In this document: positions 18,270 through 29,157 of the stretch, in pieces
How the letters are laid out: the number at the start of each line of letters is the position of its first letter
How positions within the stretch are numbered: the stretch's first letter is position 1
Origin: an uncultured virus (IMG/VR IMGVR_UViG_3300009128_000013)
Taxonomy: Duplodnaviria; Heunggongvirae; Uroviricota; Caudoviricetes
DNA: 64,000 nt
Direction: 5' to 3' (one strand)
IMG/VR virus record: IMGVR_UViG_3300009128_000013
The notes under the pieces: model-generated
Told to the model about the DNA's origin: nothing
Seen by the model: the letters and a program-made list of their open reading frames with translations, nothing else
Database searches by the model: none
Position numbers and translations under genes: made by a program

Positions 18270-18758
18270 TCAGTATTGCAGCACGCAATTATCAAAGCGA
18301 ATTGTGAGTGATATTTCTGCAGGATCTTCTGAACCGTAATCTAGATCACCAAAGGCAGCTGATGTCAAGTATGCTCCCTTGATATCCCAGAGCTCTACAA
18401 CAGTACCTACGGGATCTAATAGCTTGAGTTGACAATCACGCTTATAGAAATCAGCATAGCCGCCGCGACCTGAAACTGACTCAAAATGTGTTCTTACCCA
18501 TTCCATAACCTGTTGTGCACCTGAGGGAGCGATTGGATCATGAAGCGTTACACTTAGAGCATCGAACTTAGTTTTTCCCGCTATGTAGCGAGTAGAGTTC
18601 ATATAAGGAATCTCAATCTCACCTGTATTTATTGTTGGGCGTGCTGCAGTTTTCATAAGAAAGGCGTCAAGGCCCTCTACTGCAAATACCCACCTAAATT
18701 TTCTTTTTGGTTCAAATTTATTGGGTAGCATATCTGAAACTGAAAGTGTCTCGGCCAT
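18270..18758 (-). CDS. Tail tube protein (gp19-like)
   Basis: FEPKRKFRW, YIAGK, YKRDCQLKLLDPVGTVVELWDIKGAY, ISLTIRFD; follows the sheath genes. Confidence 0.9.
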   Translation of the reverse strand: MAETLSVSDMLPNKFEPKRKFRWVFAVEGLDAFLMKTAARPTINTGEIEIPYMNSTRYIAGKTKFDALSVTLHDPIAPSGAQQVMEWVRTHFESVSGRGGYADFYKRDCQLKLLDPVGTVVELWDIKGAYLTSAAFGDLDYGSEDPAEISLTIRFDNCVLQY

Positions 18759-18812
18759 CTGGAATCTCCTAAAATCTCATCTGATGTAAGTAAATATCAC
18801 CTAGCAAACTTT

Positions 18813-21800
18813 TTATACGTCTGCACCTTGATTTGTGACGACAAAGTCGAGGGCGATAAACTCAACTGATCTTGTGGGCTGAAGGAAGATCTTCCCTCGA
18901 ACTGTGTTATTTTCAACATCTGACTGTGTCGTTGTTGAAGTGTCAATTTGAACTTTGAATCTATCTAGACCTTGTTGCTGTTGAATTCTTGTAAGAATCG
19001 GTGTTACAGCAGCAGAGAATCTTGCCAAAGTAGAAGCACGATTTGGTTCAAAGAGTATTGTATTAGCAACCTTACGAACTTTTCTTCTAACATCAATCAG
19101 AAGCCTTCTAACATTTACTCTATCCAACGAGGATTGTGCAGCTAGAAGTGTTTTCTGACCGAAAACGATAACCCCCTGGGAGTGTGGGAAAGAAGTTAGT
19201 GGGTTGATGTCTGCTTCGTATAGTGCGTCCAAGTTTGATCTATTGAGCTTGACTTGAGACTCTATTACATTGAGTGCTCCTCTAGAAAATCCTGCTGGAG
19301 CAAACCAGGGATGTGCAACAGCATCGTTTCTAGAAAATGCACCGAGTACAGCAACTGAAGGTGGGCATACAACGTTTGTATTTGTAGCAGGATCAACCAT
19401 TACGACATCTGGATAATATGCTGCAGCAAAAGAACTATCTAGATTTCTTGCTTCAAATCTAGTTACTGTATTTGAAACATTCGGTATTTGCGAAGATCCT
19501 GTAATGAATGCATTGACGTTATCTTTTTCTTCAACGTCCATAATGAGTAATGCATCAAATCTAGATTCTACTGAGTCGATTGCATAATCTGTAACTGCTT
19601 CATGTCTCTGTCCAGGGATTGCAAGAAGTTGAATATCAACGTCTGATTTTTCTTCCATAACATCGATTGCTTTTCGATATGATGCAATAGACGGACCTTC
19701 TTTTCCACCTTGACCAGATGTATCAGTCATTTCTCGTCGAACTGCTGTATCAGACATCTTAGTCTTTTCTTTGTCAAACATATTGAAGCCATCAAATCCG
19801 CCCTGCATGAAAAGGCTGAACTTCAGATATTTTCTAGTGGGTAGATGAGTAAAGTCCTTGTCTGGGTCAAAGAATCGGGTATTTGTATATACAGATCCGT
19901 CTGTATCTTGGAGTGATCCTGATGCAATTGCATCACGTCTATAAGAAGAAGCTCCCCAGCGAAGAGGATCAGGCAGATCACTAGAGTTCGTGACAACTTG
20001 AATATTTTCAAGAGTAAATAAGCCGTTATTGAATCTATCAGAGTCTAAGATCACACCGCTACTATCAGCTGCGCCTGCGTTGTCACCAACCATAGCATTT
20101 TGCCACTCAGTGTGCATCATAGGGAAGTACTTGGTATATGACCTAATGCCCTCGTCTAATTTTTGATTCTTGTTGGGTTCATCTAAGCTATCTTTTACTT
20201 CAAACTGAACGCCCCAAGTAAAACCAGCGTTGATGCGTGCACGTGGTTGCACTCCTAATCGTAAGTGATCACGGAAAGGAACTGGCATCTGTACTGCTCT
20301 ATTTAGCTTATCCTGCGTTGTATGATGTGCAGCTACGTGGTAACCTTCTAGAATTCCGGAACCGCTTGTTACTAAGTGATGATGTCCGCGAAATCCTACA
20401 GGAAGTGAAGCTGCATCAATATTTACATCATCAACATCATCTGATACTTGAACTCTTACGTATGATGATTTATTAGGGTGTGTGCCCTCAATTCTTAATT
20501 TCTGTGCGCCTGCTTTTTGATCAAAGTCATAGTACATATTCATGTCGCCTATGATTCTAGCAATGTATCTATCGCTTGTCGGATCTAGTGATAGTGCTCT
20601 GAATGATTCAAATACACGTGGTTCAGCGTCAGAATCTCTAAAGTCTCTAACTAGAATATCAAATGTTCCGTACTTGTTGTTTTCATTGCTTGATCCAGCG
20701 ACGTTTTCTACAGTAATCTTATAAAGATCATTTCCTCGTGCTCCATCGTCTAGTGCATGAAACTTGAAAAGATTCTTTCTTTGTCCACCGAACTTTTGAG
20801 AAACGATCCATGGGGAGAAGGCTGCTTGATACCTTTCTTCAAAGCCTTCGAAGTTAGGTACTGAAGTTGTTCCTGCGTTTCTACCTTGTGTTCCTGAAAG
20901 AAGGAATGCTGCTTCATGGAGAGATCCTGTCGGCGCAATTCCCGCAGTGATTCCGGATCCGGTCAGAGTTGTATGTGACTGATATGAATTCCAATGTGCG
21001 TATAGATAATGTCCAGCTTTTTCAATTTTTGCTGGATCAGTATTGAATACTTTGTGGAAATATTGTGCAGCATCCGGGTCGAATGAGGCTGAGTAAATTG
21101 ACGGATATTCATCAGTAGCTGAATGTCCGTTGAGCAACATTACAAAGTTCTGATTTGAGTTTGATAAGTTGACTGAGCCTATGGCAGATCCTGCATTAGC
21201 TGAAGCGCCAAACGTACTATACGCTGCAAGATTTGTTACGGGATCATTTGTGCCTACACCAACTGCTGTTGATGAAAGTGCTAGTAAAACACCGGAGGGC
21301 GCAAAAAGTACACCTCGGACCATCGGATGCGAACCTGACGCACCTAATATTGATTTGCCAGTAATTCCTGCTCCCTTGAGCACTGTAGAGCCGTTAGAAT
21401 CAGATAAATAGCACCCCAAGAAGTATGACCTACCGAGTGCACCACCGTTAGCATTAGTTGAGCCTGCATATGTATTGTCGCTGACATTTCCGTTAGCTTG
21501 AACTAATCTTTGCCCGACTGTAAATCCTGCATTATTTACTCTTCCTGTGTTATCACCAGAAGTTGATCTTTTCTTTCCGTCCCCAACACCAAGAACTCTA
21601 ACATATGTTCCCGCCCGTGCACTTCTCATCCACTCTCTCATTGCTAAAGGACCAAACTTTTCACCGTCCGTTCCTCCAAATTCAGCTACAAAATCCTGAT
21701 AGGTTGCAACTGTGATTGGAACAAAGGCATGACCCTTAAGTGATGTTCCTATGATCCCGGCGGGTGTTCCTTGTGGAGATATTGTGGTGGGACCGCTTAG

Positions 21801-21851
21801 GTCTATCTCTCGGGTACTTATACCAGGGCTTTTAAAGGTAAGCTCAGCCAT
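18813..21851 (-). CDS. Tail sheath protein 2 (gp18-like)
   Basis: FKSPG..REIDLS, PWFAPAGFSRG, INP, FGQKTL, LDRVNVRRLL, FEPN, PTRSVEFI. Confidence 0.93.
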   Translation of the reverse strand: MAELTFKSPGISTREIDLSGPTTISPQGTPAGIIGTSLKGHAFVPITVATYQDFVAEFGGTDGEKFGPLAMREWMRSARAGTYVRVLGVGDGKKRSTSGDNTGRVNNAGFTVGQRLVQANGNVSDNTYAGSTNANGGALGRSYFLGCYLSDSNGSTVLKGAGITGKSILGASGSHPMVRGVLFAPSGVLLALSSTAVGVGTNDPVTNLAAYSTFGASANAGSAIGSVNLSNSNQNFVMLLNGHSATDEYPSIYSASFDPDAAQYFHKVFNTDPAKIEKAGHYLYAHWNSYQSHTTLTGSGITAGIAPTGSLHEAAFLLSGTQGRNAGTTSVPNFEGFEERYQAAFSPWIVSQKFGGQRKNLFKFHALDDGARGNDLYKITVENVAGSSNENNKYGTFDILVRDFRDSDAEPRVFESFRALSLDPTSDRYIARIIGDMNMYYDFDQKAGAQKLRIEGTHPNKSSYVRVQVSDDVDDVNIDAASLPVGFRGHHHLVTSGSGILEGYHVAAHHTTQDKLNRAVQMPVPFRDHLRLGVQPRARINAGFTWGVQFEVKDSLDEPNKNQKLDEGIRSYTKYFPMMHTEWQNAMVGDNAGAADSSGVILDSDRFNNGLFTLENIQVVTNSSDLPDPLRWGASSYRRDAIASGSLQDTDGSVYTNTRFFDPDKDFTHLPTRKYLKFSLFMQGGFDGFNMFDKEKTKMSDTAVRREMTDTSGQGGKEGPSIASYRKAIDVMEEKSDVDIQLLAIPGQRHEAVTDYAIDSVESRFDALLIMDVEEKDNVNAFITGSSQIPNVSNTVTRFEARNLDSSFAAAYYPDVVMVDPATNTNVVCPPSVAVLGAFSRNDAVAHPWFAPAGFSRGALNVIESQVKLNRSNLDALYEADINPLTSFPHSQGVIVFGQKTLLAAQSSLDRVNVRRLLIDVRRKVRKVANTILFEPNRASTLARFSAAVTPILTRIQQQQGLDRFKVQIDTSTTTQSDVENNTVRGKIFLQPTRSVEFIALDFVVTNQGADV

Positions 21852-21899
21852 TCTGTTCGCTCCTAACTGTAGATCTTAATTTCATATTATAGGTATTCA

Positions 21900-24800
21900 T
21901 TACTCGAATGAAACCCCACTATTTGTGACCACAAAGTCGATTGATATAAACTCAATCGATCTAGTAGGAACAATTATTATTCTTCCGTTCAATCTATTTG
22001 ATTCTCTATCTGCCTCTGTGTTATTAGTGTCATCCATGACAACCCTAAAGGATTCAATTCCCGCTTGAGCTTGGACTAGTGCAAGAAGAGGTGCTGCCTG
22101 ATTGACAAACCTCGCACGTGTCTCAGGTGTATTCTGTTCAAACAATAGACCTCTAGCAACATTAACGATAAGTCTTTTAACTTCAAGTAAAAGCCTTCTT
22201 ACGTTTACTCTGTCTAGTGCAGACTTTGCTTGTTGGAGTGTCTTTTGACCAAAGATTACGTGACCCCCATTAGGGAATACAGCAATCGGGTTGATTCTCC
22301 CATCGTACAAATCATCGCGATCAGCAGCATTAAGCCTAACAGAAACATTCTTGACGTTATCTAGTGCACCTCTATTGAATCCTGCAGGTGCAAACCATGG
22401 GAATGATACTTTGTCATTATAGGCCAGTGCTCCCAATGCCACAACAGATGCAGGTACTTTTACATGTCTGTTATTGACGGGATCATTTATTCTGACATCT
22501 GGAAAGTATGCAGCTGCGTAGTTATTATCTATTGAACGACTATCAAATTGTTCGACTGTTTCCTGTACGTTTACTTTTGTTTTTGAATCATCGTATAGAC
22601 GTGTAGCATCAACGTCATAGTTGAGCATCTCCATAAGATAAATGGCCATGCCATAATCTTTTACATAAGAAAGTACATGATCTGTTACAAAAGAATCTCG
22701 AATACCCGGGATGGCCAGAACGTTAATTCTAGACGCTAAAGGATCTGTTAGAATTTGTGCAGCTCGCTTGTAAGAGCTAACTACATTGTTGTTTCTTCCT
22801 GATCCTGCGACATGTGTAAATAATCCAATATTGGGAGTTGCAGTTGTTGCTTTACCCCCTGTATCCATGGACGCTGCGCGGTCTCTCATCAAGTGGCTAT
22901 CTTTATCTAAGATGTTAAGTCCATCAAAGCCGCCGTAAAACATTGTACTGAACTTGAGATAGTCTGTGAATCTATTGAATACCGTCGAAGACGAATGAAC
23001 TAGCGTTGCCAGTGTTACTCTAGAGAAGTTATTGGGATCATCGACTGTATATGTGTTTGGATCCGGACGACCGTTTCTTATATATGCAGCTTCCAACATG
23101 TGCTCTTTTGCTGTCCCGGAAACATGTGTAATATGTCCACTTTGTAACTGGTTGTAAAGCGCTACTCTCGCTAGTGTAAATTTATTGTTGTTGAAGTTAT
23201 CTGCTGCGCCGCCCGTAACTACTGTATCAAGCTTGGCAATGCCTCCAAACTTTGAATATGCCTTAATTAGCGGGTTTGGCAGTGCTGCTACATTAGAGTT
23301 CAAACATGAATTACTAAAGTCACCGCTTGGTGATGACGATGATACTGGCATTCTTTCAAACTTCACACCCCAGTATAACTTAGAATCAACCCTTTCATTA
23401 GTACCTGTTTGTCCCACGTAACCTGAATGAGTTTGACTAACATCACCTCGTGTTACTTTGAATCTAAATGGTAATGGCGGAACGATTGATCCTGTCAGAT
23501 TTGTTGAACCTGAGCATGAAAGTCTAGTATTTGATGCTGAATGTGTCTCACCAATCGAAATATTGTGCTCATTCTTGAGTGCTAAGTGACCTAAATCTGT
23601 AAGAGTATCTGACGTCTTGAGTACTGGGACGCCCCTGAAGCCGAATGGCAATGCCTCTTGAGGTACTTCACCAGCCTCCAGCTTGCTATTCATAACAACT
23701 CTTATTCTATTAGATCTGTTTGGATATTTTCCATGTATTACTAAGCGACGCTCGTCTGGTTCGTCTGCGTCGAAGTTATAATAAACCTTCTTGTCGCCAA
23801 TTTGACGAGCAATATATCTTTCATCATTGGGATCTAAGGTGCACTTAGGATAGTGTTCAACTATTTGAGTATTCAAATCAGTATCGTCAAACTTCCTTAC
23901 TTGAACATCAAATGTTCCGTACTTGTTTTTAGGATCAGATGACGCACGTAGATTGGCAATACTAATCTTTACTTTGTCATTTCCCCAAGCACCATCTGAT
24001 ATAGTCTCAAAACGAAAGAGATCGTACTCAGTCTTGCCGTATGGCTGTGAAATAATTTCTGGCGTCTGTGGTGTCGTATATCTAGTATCATATCTACCAA
24101 ACAGTTGCAAGAACTGTGTAGATGTATCTCCACCGGTGGATGTGGTAGATGTTGATCCAGAAAGTAGTGCTACTGATCCTGGATTTAGTGAGCCTGAAGC
24201 TAATTCATTTTCAACAGCAAAGTCCAAGTAGAGTAAATGCTGCTGCTCTTGAAATTTCCATGGATCTGTGTTGAGAATTTTTCCAACATAGTTCTTGTCA
24301 CTAGGGTCTAGTGATGCTGTATATATTCTTCTTCCGCTTGCTGATTCATCATTAGCAAAAGAAGTACCTGCAGAGCATGATAGTACTAGTTTGAAGTGTC
24401 CTGCACCTGTGGCAGTTCGAGGATCTCCCAATCCCAAATCATATATTCCTGCAAGATCGTCCATCCCGCCGTTTGCATCAGAAAGACCTGTTAGACCTCC
24501 TGCATCAGTATAACGTTGATTTCCGTCGATAACTTCAAATCTAGAGCCTGTAGTTGTGAATAATACAGCACGTACTAGATTGACAGTACCATCTGCTGAT
24601 CTGGATCCAAATTTTCCTGTAAATGAGTCATTATCACTAAAAACAGGATATCCAGCTTGTTCGTGAGCGAAATTAACTGAGTGCTCTGCACAAAGAAATT
24701 GGACTACTCCACGATGCCCGCCGGCTGAGCCCATTGATGTTGTTGCTGTACCACCTACATAAAAGCCAGCATTTTTCACTGTACCCTTATTACGTGTAGT

Positions 24801-25094
24801 TGTAATATCTGCTGTTGTTGAATTTGCACCTGCACCTAAAACTCGAAGGTACGTTGCAGATTTTTTGTATTTTAGAAATTCTCGTACCGCATAGGGCCCA
24901 AATCTATTAGAATCTAGCGTTCCAAACTTAGACTCAAAATCCGCATAGGATCCAACAGTAACAGGTACGAATGCAGGACCTTTTTCTGAAGTACCGATAA
25001 CACCAGCAGGTGTTCCTAGCGGGGTTGCCCGGGTTGCGGACAAATCAATTTCCTGTTCAAAAAATCCAGGTGACTTAAATGTCTGTTCAGCCAT
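21900..25094 (-). CDS. Tail sheath protein 1 (gp18-like)
   Basis: FKSPG..QEIDLS, PWFAPAGFNRG, INP, FGQKTL, LDRVNVRRLL, PTRSIEFI. Confidence 0.93.
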   Translation of the reverse strand: MAEQTFKSPGFFEQEIDLSATRATPLGTPAGVIGTSEKGPAFVPVTVGSYADFESKFGTLDSNRFGPYAVREFLKYKKSATYLRVLGAGANSTTADITTTRNKGTVKNAGFYVGGTATTSMGSAGGHRGVVQFLCAEHSVNFAHEQAGYPVFSDNDSFTGKFGSRSADGTVNLVRAVLFTTTGSRFEVIDGNQRYTDAGGLTGLSDANGGMDDLAGIYDLGLGDPRTATGAGHFKLVLSCSAGTSFANDESASGRRIYTASLDPSDKNYVGKILNTDPWKFQEQQHLLYLDFAVENELASGSLNPGSVALLSGSTSTTSTGGDTSTQFLQLFGRYDTRYTTPQTPEIISQPYGKTEYDLFRFETISDGAWGNDKVKISIANLRASSDPKNKYGTFDVQVRKFDDTDLNTQIVEHYPKCTLDPNDERYIARQIGDKKVYYNFDADEPDERRLVIHGKYPNRSNRIRVVMNSKLEAGEVPQEALPFGFRGVPVLKTSDTLTDLGHLALKNEHNISIGETHSASNTRLSCSGSTNLTGSIVPPLPFRFKVTRGDVSQTHSGYVGQTGTNERVDSKLYWGVKFERMPVSSSSPSGDFSNSCLNSNVAALPNPLIKAYSKFGGIAKLDTVVTGGAADNFNNNKFTLARVALYNQLQSGHITHVSGTAKEHMLEAAYIRNGRPDPNTYTVDDPNNFSRVTLATLVHSSSTVFNRFTDYLKFSTMFYGGFDGLNILDKDSHLMRDRAASMDTGGKATTATPNIGLFTHVAGSGRNNNVVSSYKRAAQILTDPLASRINVLAIPGIRDSFVTDHVLSYVKDYGMAIYLMEMLNYDVDATRLYDDSKTKVNVQETVEQFDSRSIDNNYAAAYFPDVRINDPVNNRHVKVPASVVALGALAYNDKVSFPWFAPAGFNRGALDNVKNVSVRLNAADRDDLYDGRINPIAVFPNGGHVIFGQKTLQQAKSALDRVNVRRLLLEVKRLIVNVARGLLFEQNTPETRARFVNQAAPLLALVQAQAGIESFRVVMDDTNNTEADRESNRLNGRIIIVPTRSIEFISIDFVVTNSGVSFE

Positions 25095-25168
25095 TGAATA
25101 TCTCTCCTTAGACGCGAATCATTCTATGATAAGTATCGCGATGTGGTCCAAAGTTCCATACTAGTAAA

Positions 25169-26539
25169 TCAGTCTGGCAGCAAAATTCCAAGATTAATTG
25201 GAATAGCTGAAGAATATACCGTCTCTCCTTGCCTTTGGTTCCTTGTTTTAACTTTGACTATGGATCTAATTGTCTTTCCGGTAAAAGGATCCTTAGTAAT
25301 TCTAATAATATCAACTCTACTGGGGCCTGATGTGTGTCCGCCTACTGATGTTGATTCAGCTGTCGGTGCTCTAGACCCGATGCCCCTAAGGTCGGATCCT
25401 GCATATGTTGCTCCTAAAACAGGATCACCAATAGCACTTCTTGCAGAGCCTAACGATGACCTGCCAATGCCACTTCCCGGGAGTGGATCGTCCTCTGCAG
25501 CTAAGTCATCAAGCATATAACTAGTCGGATCGCCACTAAAAGGTCCATGTACGGGTGTACCTATCAAATTGCCGCCAAATGACGTAACATCAAATGTAAT
25601 ATCAGGTGCTGAGACGTATCTTCTCAAAACTGGGGGTGCTCCGGAATAGTCAGGTGCTATCATATATCCGGCGACTTGAATCTCAAAGCTATATCTTACT
25701 AATCTTTCGTTGTCTGTGAAATCATCATAATTGTTACCCGGTGAAATATCAGATCCGACGTAACCAACAAACCAGTAGCCCTTATCAGTCTCCAATTTGA
25801 ATGTTCGTCTTCTATTGTCTTGATAAACAGACATCATTGCCATGATCATATCATTCATTTGCTGTGTATACTGTGCCCAAAATGTAACATCATACGTTAC
25901 ATTGAAGAATTTCGTAGGTGGAATCTCGATAATTTCTACTATTGAGGATCCCAAATTTGGAGTTAGAATTTTTCCAGATCGTGTATTGGTAGTAGGCCCT
26001 GATGGTGACCTTCTAGACGCTACAGTACCCGGGTTTGAGCCCGTGGAGTATGGACCAGCGGGTCTTTCTGGTGAGTGACCTGTTCTATGCTCTGATGATG
26101 CTAAATTATCTTGATTAGCAAATCCATGCAGATTTTTCAATCTTTTGTATACGGGATCAGATTCATTAAGACGACGCTTAATAGTTATTGGGCTTCCTTC
26201 ACCAGGTCCCATGCCTCTTTGGACTTCTTGTGTTACGCTTGTTCTCATAATAGACACTAGCGGGAGAATAAGTGCATTATTCTTATCTCTTAGCGGTTCT
26301 TTTCTTCTAAGCACAGCAAACCTCTCGCCAGAAGCATAAATTACCGGTGTTCTCTTTACTACACCTGACTTTTCATACTGAAGTGGTATTGATTCGTTAA
26401 AAAGATTGAAGACAGATCTGTCTACATCTTCAATTGTACAGGGAGGGATTGTTATGTCACCCGGTATATCTGTACCCTCATAACCAGATCTTCTTCGATC
26501 TGCAGGGTTTTTTGGCTGTTGGTCTAGTCTTGTACTCAT
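25169..26539 (-). CDS. Tail terminator / sheath stabiliser (gp15-like)
   Basis: PVIYASGER, LILPLVSIMRT, P..FNVTYDVTFWAQY; lies between neck and sheath genes. Confidence 0.65.
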   Translation of the reverse strand: MSTRLDQQPKNPADRRRSGYEGTDIPGDITIPPCTIEDVDRSVFNLFNESIPLQYEKSGVVKRTPVIYASGERFAVLRRKEPLRDKNNALILPLVSIMRTSVTQEVQRGMGPGEGSPITIKRRLNESDPVYKRLKNLHGFANQDNLASSEHRTGHSPERPAGPYSTGSNPGTVASRRSPSGPTTNTRSGKILTPNLGSSIVEIIEIPPTKFFNVTYDVTFWAQYTQQMNDMIMAMMSVYQDNRRRTFKLETDKGYWFVGYVGSDISPGNNYDDFTDNERLVRYSFEIQVAGYMIAPDYSGAPPVLRRYVSAPDITFDVTSFGGNLIGTPVHGPFSGDPTSYMLDDLAAEDDPLPGSGIGRSSLGSARSAIGDPVLGATYAGSDLRGIGSRAPTAESTSVGGHTSGPSRVDIIRITKDPFTGKTIRSIVKVKTRNQRQGETVYSSAIPINLGILLPD

Positions 26540-26552
26540 AATATATTACCTA

Positions 26553-27221
26553 CTAAGAATTGTCTCCGTAGAATGATGAATTAATTCCAGAGTCATCTCC
26601 TTTTTCAGAAATTTCTGCCGGCTCAGAAATTGGTGATGTAAGCTTTCCATCTTCTTGAAGCTGGCGCTTATCTCCTGTTTCACCTAATCGATTTTTCTCA
26701 AATCCTCGCTGTTGCACGAATTCTTCCTGTACAGAACCCTCATCTGTATACTCCTCATCAGTCGGCCCGTTAGGCATTACATCAATTTGTCCCTGTCGTG
26801 CTTGTTTGCCGATTACCTTATAACCGGTTTTGTGTTCAATTTGGCCATGTATCTGCTTGTCAACAATAATAGATGTTATCTCAAAAAATACTGTACCATA
26901 GCTAAAATAATCACCGTCTCTGAGTGTTATTTCTCTGTCTAGCATATCTCGAGCATGAATATATACTGATATTGTAGAGTATTCTTCAGCACCAAATCTA
27001 TTTGTTCTAAACTCTGCAGGTTCCCATTCAATTAGCGCTTCGATTTCGATGGGTCTATCAAATATTTTATCTATAGCTTCTTCGTATATGTCATGCACAC
27101 TAGTAAGATCTTCTCTAACTTTATAATAGTATATCTTTTGTCCTATTACATCTTTAGTAATTTCCTTAGTAAGGTCAGATATAAAATCAACTTCACGAGG
27201 CGTTATAAATAGTCTTGCCAT
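26553..27221 (-). CDS. Neck / head-closure protein (gp14-like)
   Basis: DVIGQKIYYY, IYEEA..KIF, GDYF; gene order. Confidence 0.6.
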   Translation of the reverse strand: MARLFITPREVDFISDLTKEITKDVIGQKIYYYKVREDLTSVHDIYEEAIDKIFDRPIEIEALIEWEPAEFRTNRFGAEEYSTISVYIHARDMLDREITLRDGDYFSYGTVFFEITSIIVDKQIHGQIEHKTGYKVIGKQARQGQIDVMPNGPTDEEYTDEGSVQEEFVQQRGFEKNRLGETGDKRQLQEDGKLTSPISEPAEISEKGDDSGINSSFYGDNS

Positions 27222-27230
27222 AATTCACTC

Positions 27231-28403
27231 CTAGCCCATGATTATTGATTTCCCATTAGGAATTGGAATGTTTCTAAGAATTCGTTGCAAGTTTTCTGTT
27301 GCAGCTGCTTCGTCTTCTAGCATTTTAGAATATGTAAGATCCTCAAGCATATCACGAAGCTGTGTCTGTAATGTCTCCAATTCAGATCGTGCACTAGTTA
27401 TCAAATCATTTCCATTTAGTGACAATTCTCCGCCAGGAATTGGAACAGTGCTGAATTTTGATCGAACCATACCCAACAATTCTTTGCTTAACGATAGTGT
27501 GTATTGCCTAACCCACTGGCGCCCTATAGAGTTTATCCTAGAGAACATGAGGTTACCGTAGGGGACATTTGAAAGATTACTTACACCGTATATACTATCG
27601 TCTTGAAAGGCCGGGTTCATGGGGTCAGGAGAGTATGATACACGAATCCACAGACTCTTGGGATTTTCCTGCGTGGGCTTCGGAAATATTCGAATATTTG
27701 TTCCTACAATTTTATAACTATAGTGTGATCTTCTTACGCGGGATGACATTGATAGCATGCCAGCCCTAAGAACGTCTTCAAATACGGGCAAAACATAGAA
27801 CGCTGTTTCTGGGGTAAATGACTCAAATGAAAACTCATTATTGAGATAGTTGACTGCACTAGTCGTATCAAAAAATCTATAAGCAGCTTGAGGTGAATAA
27901 TGCATCACTTCCATTACTCTCATTTTTGTCCTTGGCGAGTTTTTACTGCTAGAGAATATCAAATTTCCTGATGAGTCTTTAAGCGTGCTGTATATATCGT
28001 AATCTTGCACATCTTTTGTCAATGATATAGATCCGGATACCGAGTTATATGACCCACCCAAACCAGCTTCCATAGAATAAGGCTCACCGCGACGTAGCAT
28101 GAATTCTAGATTTTCTCTGGGATATTTTTGTTCACTACCTGACAATAAAGAACCTGTAGCAGCGCCTAAAAGATTTGCCAACTGTGACTTTGCCTGATAC
28201 TGGTTTATTATCGATCCATACTCTAAGAATGCCTCTTCGAAGCACGACCAAATCTGTTTTTTGGTAAGCTCGACACTGAGTATGTCATCACCCAACTTTC
28301 GCTTGACAAACGTAATCATAGAGTCAGCTTCTGTCTGGAATGACCCCTCTTGATCAAAAAACCCAAAAGGTGTCGGGCTTAGTGTGTTGGCAAATGTACT
28401 CAT
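27231..28403 (-). CDS. Neck / head-tail adaptor (gp13-like)
   Basis: KRKLG..ILSVEL..Q, WVRQYTLSLSKELLGMVRSKF, PGGELSLNG. Confidence 0.8.
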   Translation of the reverse strand: MSTFANTLSPTPFGFFDQEGSFQTEADSMITFVKRKLGDDILSVELTKKQIWSCFEEAFLEYGSIINQYQAKSQLANLLGAATGSLLSGSEQKYPRENLEFMLRRGEPYSMEAGLGGSYNSVSGSISLTKDVQDYDIYSTLKDSSGNLIFSSSKNSPRTKMRVMEVMHYSPQAAYRFFDTTSAVNYLNNEFSFESFTPETAFYVLPVFEDVLRAGMLSMSSRVRRSHYSYKIVGTNIRIFPKPTQENPKSLWIRVSYSPDPMNPAFQDDSIYGVSNLSNVPYGNLMFSRINSIGRQWVRQYTLSLSKELLGMVRSKFSTVPIPGGELSLNGNDLITSARSELETLQTQLRDMLEDLTYSKMLEDEAAATENLQRILRNIPIPNGKSIIMG

Positions 28404-28465
28404 AGCTTAAATCTCCCGATGCGGTTTAGTCATCTAATAAATATACGTCTCAAACCAACTGAGTA

Positions 28466-28798
28466 CTACATGAACATCTTCATCATCCACATCGATGATG
28501 CCATTCCAAACTGAACAACTGCGAATATGGTAATTGCCCTCGTTCGAAACGCCTTAAGCTCTTCTATATCATTGACATATCCCTGCATTTGTGTGGGTGA
28601 CACTACTTCATCGATTTTATCTTTCCAAGCTCTGAGCTCTTCAACTCGATCTTCCCTTTCACGCATTCTAGCAATTTCTTGCTTAAGATCTTGGATCTCT
28701 GTATTTAGGGCTTGAATACTTGATGCTAGTGTTTCTAATTCTTTTAAAACTAGCCGAGAATATTCACTCCAATTGTTGTTACTATCTACTTCTGTCAT
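28466..28798 (-). CDS. Coiled-coil protein with a C-terminal membrane anchor
   Basis: Heptad-like segment followed by hydrophobic AITIFAVVQFGMASSMWMMKMFM. Confidence 0.6.
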   Translation of the reverse strand: MTEVDSNNNWSEYSRLVLKELETLASSIQALNTEIQDLKQEIARMREREDRVEELRAWKDKIDEVVSPTQMQGYVNDIEELKAFRTRAITIFAVVQFGMASSMWMMKMFM

Positions 28799-28800
28799 TT

Positions 28801-29028
28801 TTATTGTGCTCCGCTATATTTCTTAATACTCGCAGTAGCAAGCAACTCGTCTAGACGATCAATTGCTGATTGAATATCGGGCTTATCTTTCGATAAGTCT
28901 TTATGAACTAACTTAACACATGACAAAAGCGACAACATCGTTTTATTGTCAATTGCTAATTTGCTTTCTCTCGAAATCAATTGATCTCGTAAGTTTTTCA
29001 AATTCTCAAATGATGTTTTCCTTGACAT
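28801..29028 (-). CDS. Hypothetical protein
   Basis: 75-aa ORF with an ATATTTA motif just upstream. Confidence 0.55.
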   Translation of the reverse strand: MSRKTSFENLKNLRDQLISRESKLAIDNKTMLSLLSCVKLVHKDLSKDKPDIQSAIDRLDELLATASIKKYSGAQ

Positions 29029-29076
29029 TATTCATAAATATCTATTTACAACCTCAATTAATCCACCGGTAGAAAT

Positions 29077-29104
29077 AAAAAAAAGGCAGGGTTTCCCCTG
29101 CCTT
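29077..29104 (-). terminator. Intrinsic terminator
   Basis: AAGGCAGGG-GAAA-CCCTGCCTT followed by a T-run. Confidence 0.9.
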
Positions 29105-29157
29105 CCTTAGATAAAATAAAGCTGCTTAGCTAAATTTTAAAATATTACACTACTTCT

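Noticed and set aside
4482..27221. Extracellular contractile injection system or tailocin (two sheaths, tube, LysM)
   Set aside because: Capsid, portal, protease, terminase and replication genes are contiguous, so this is a phage.
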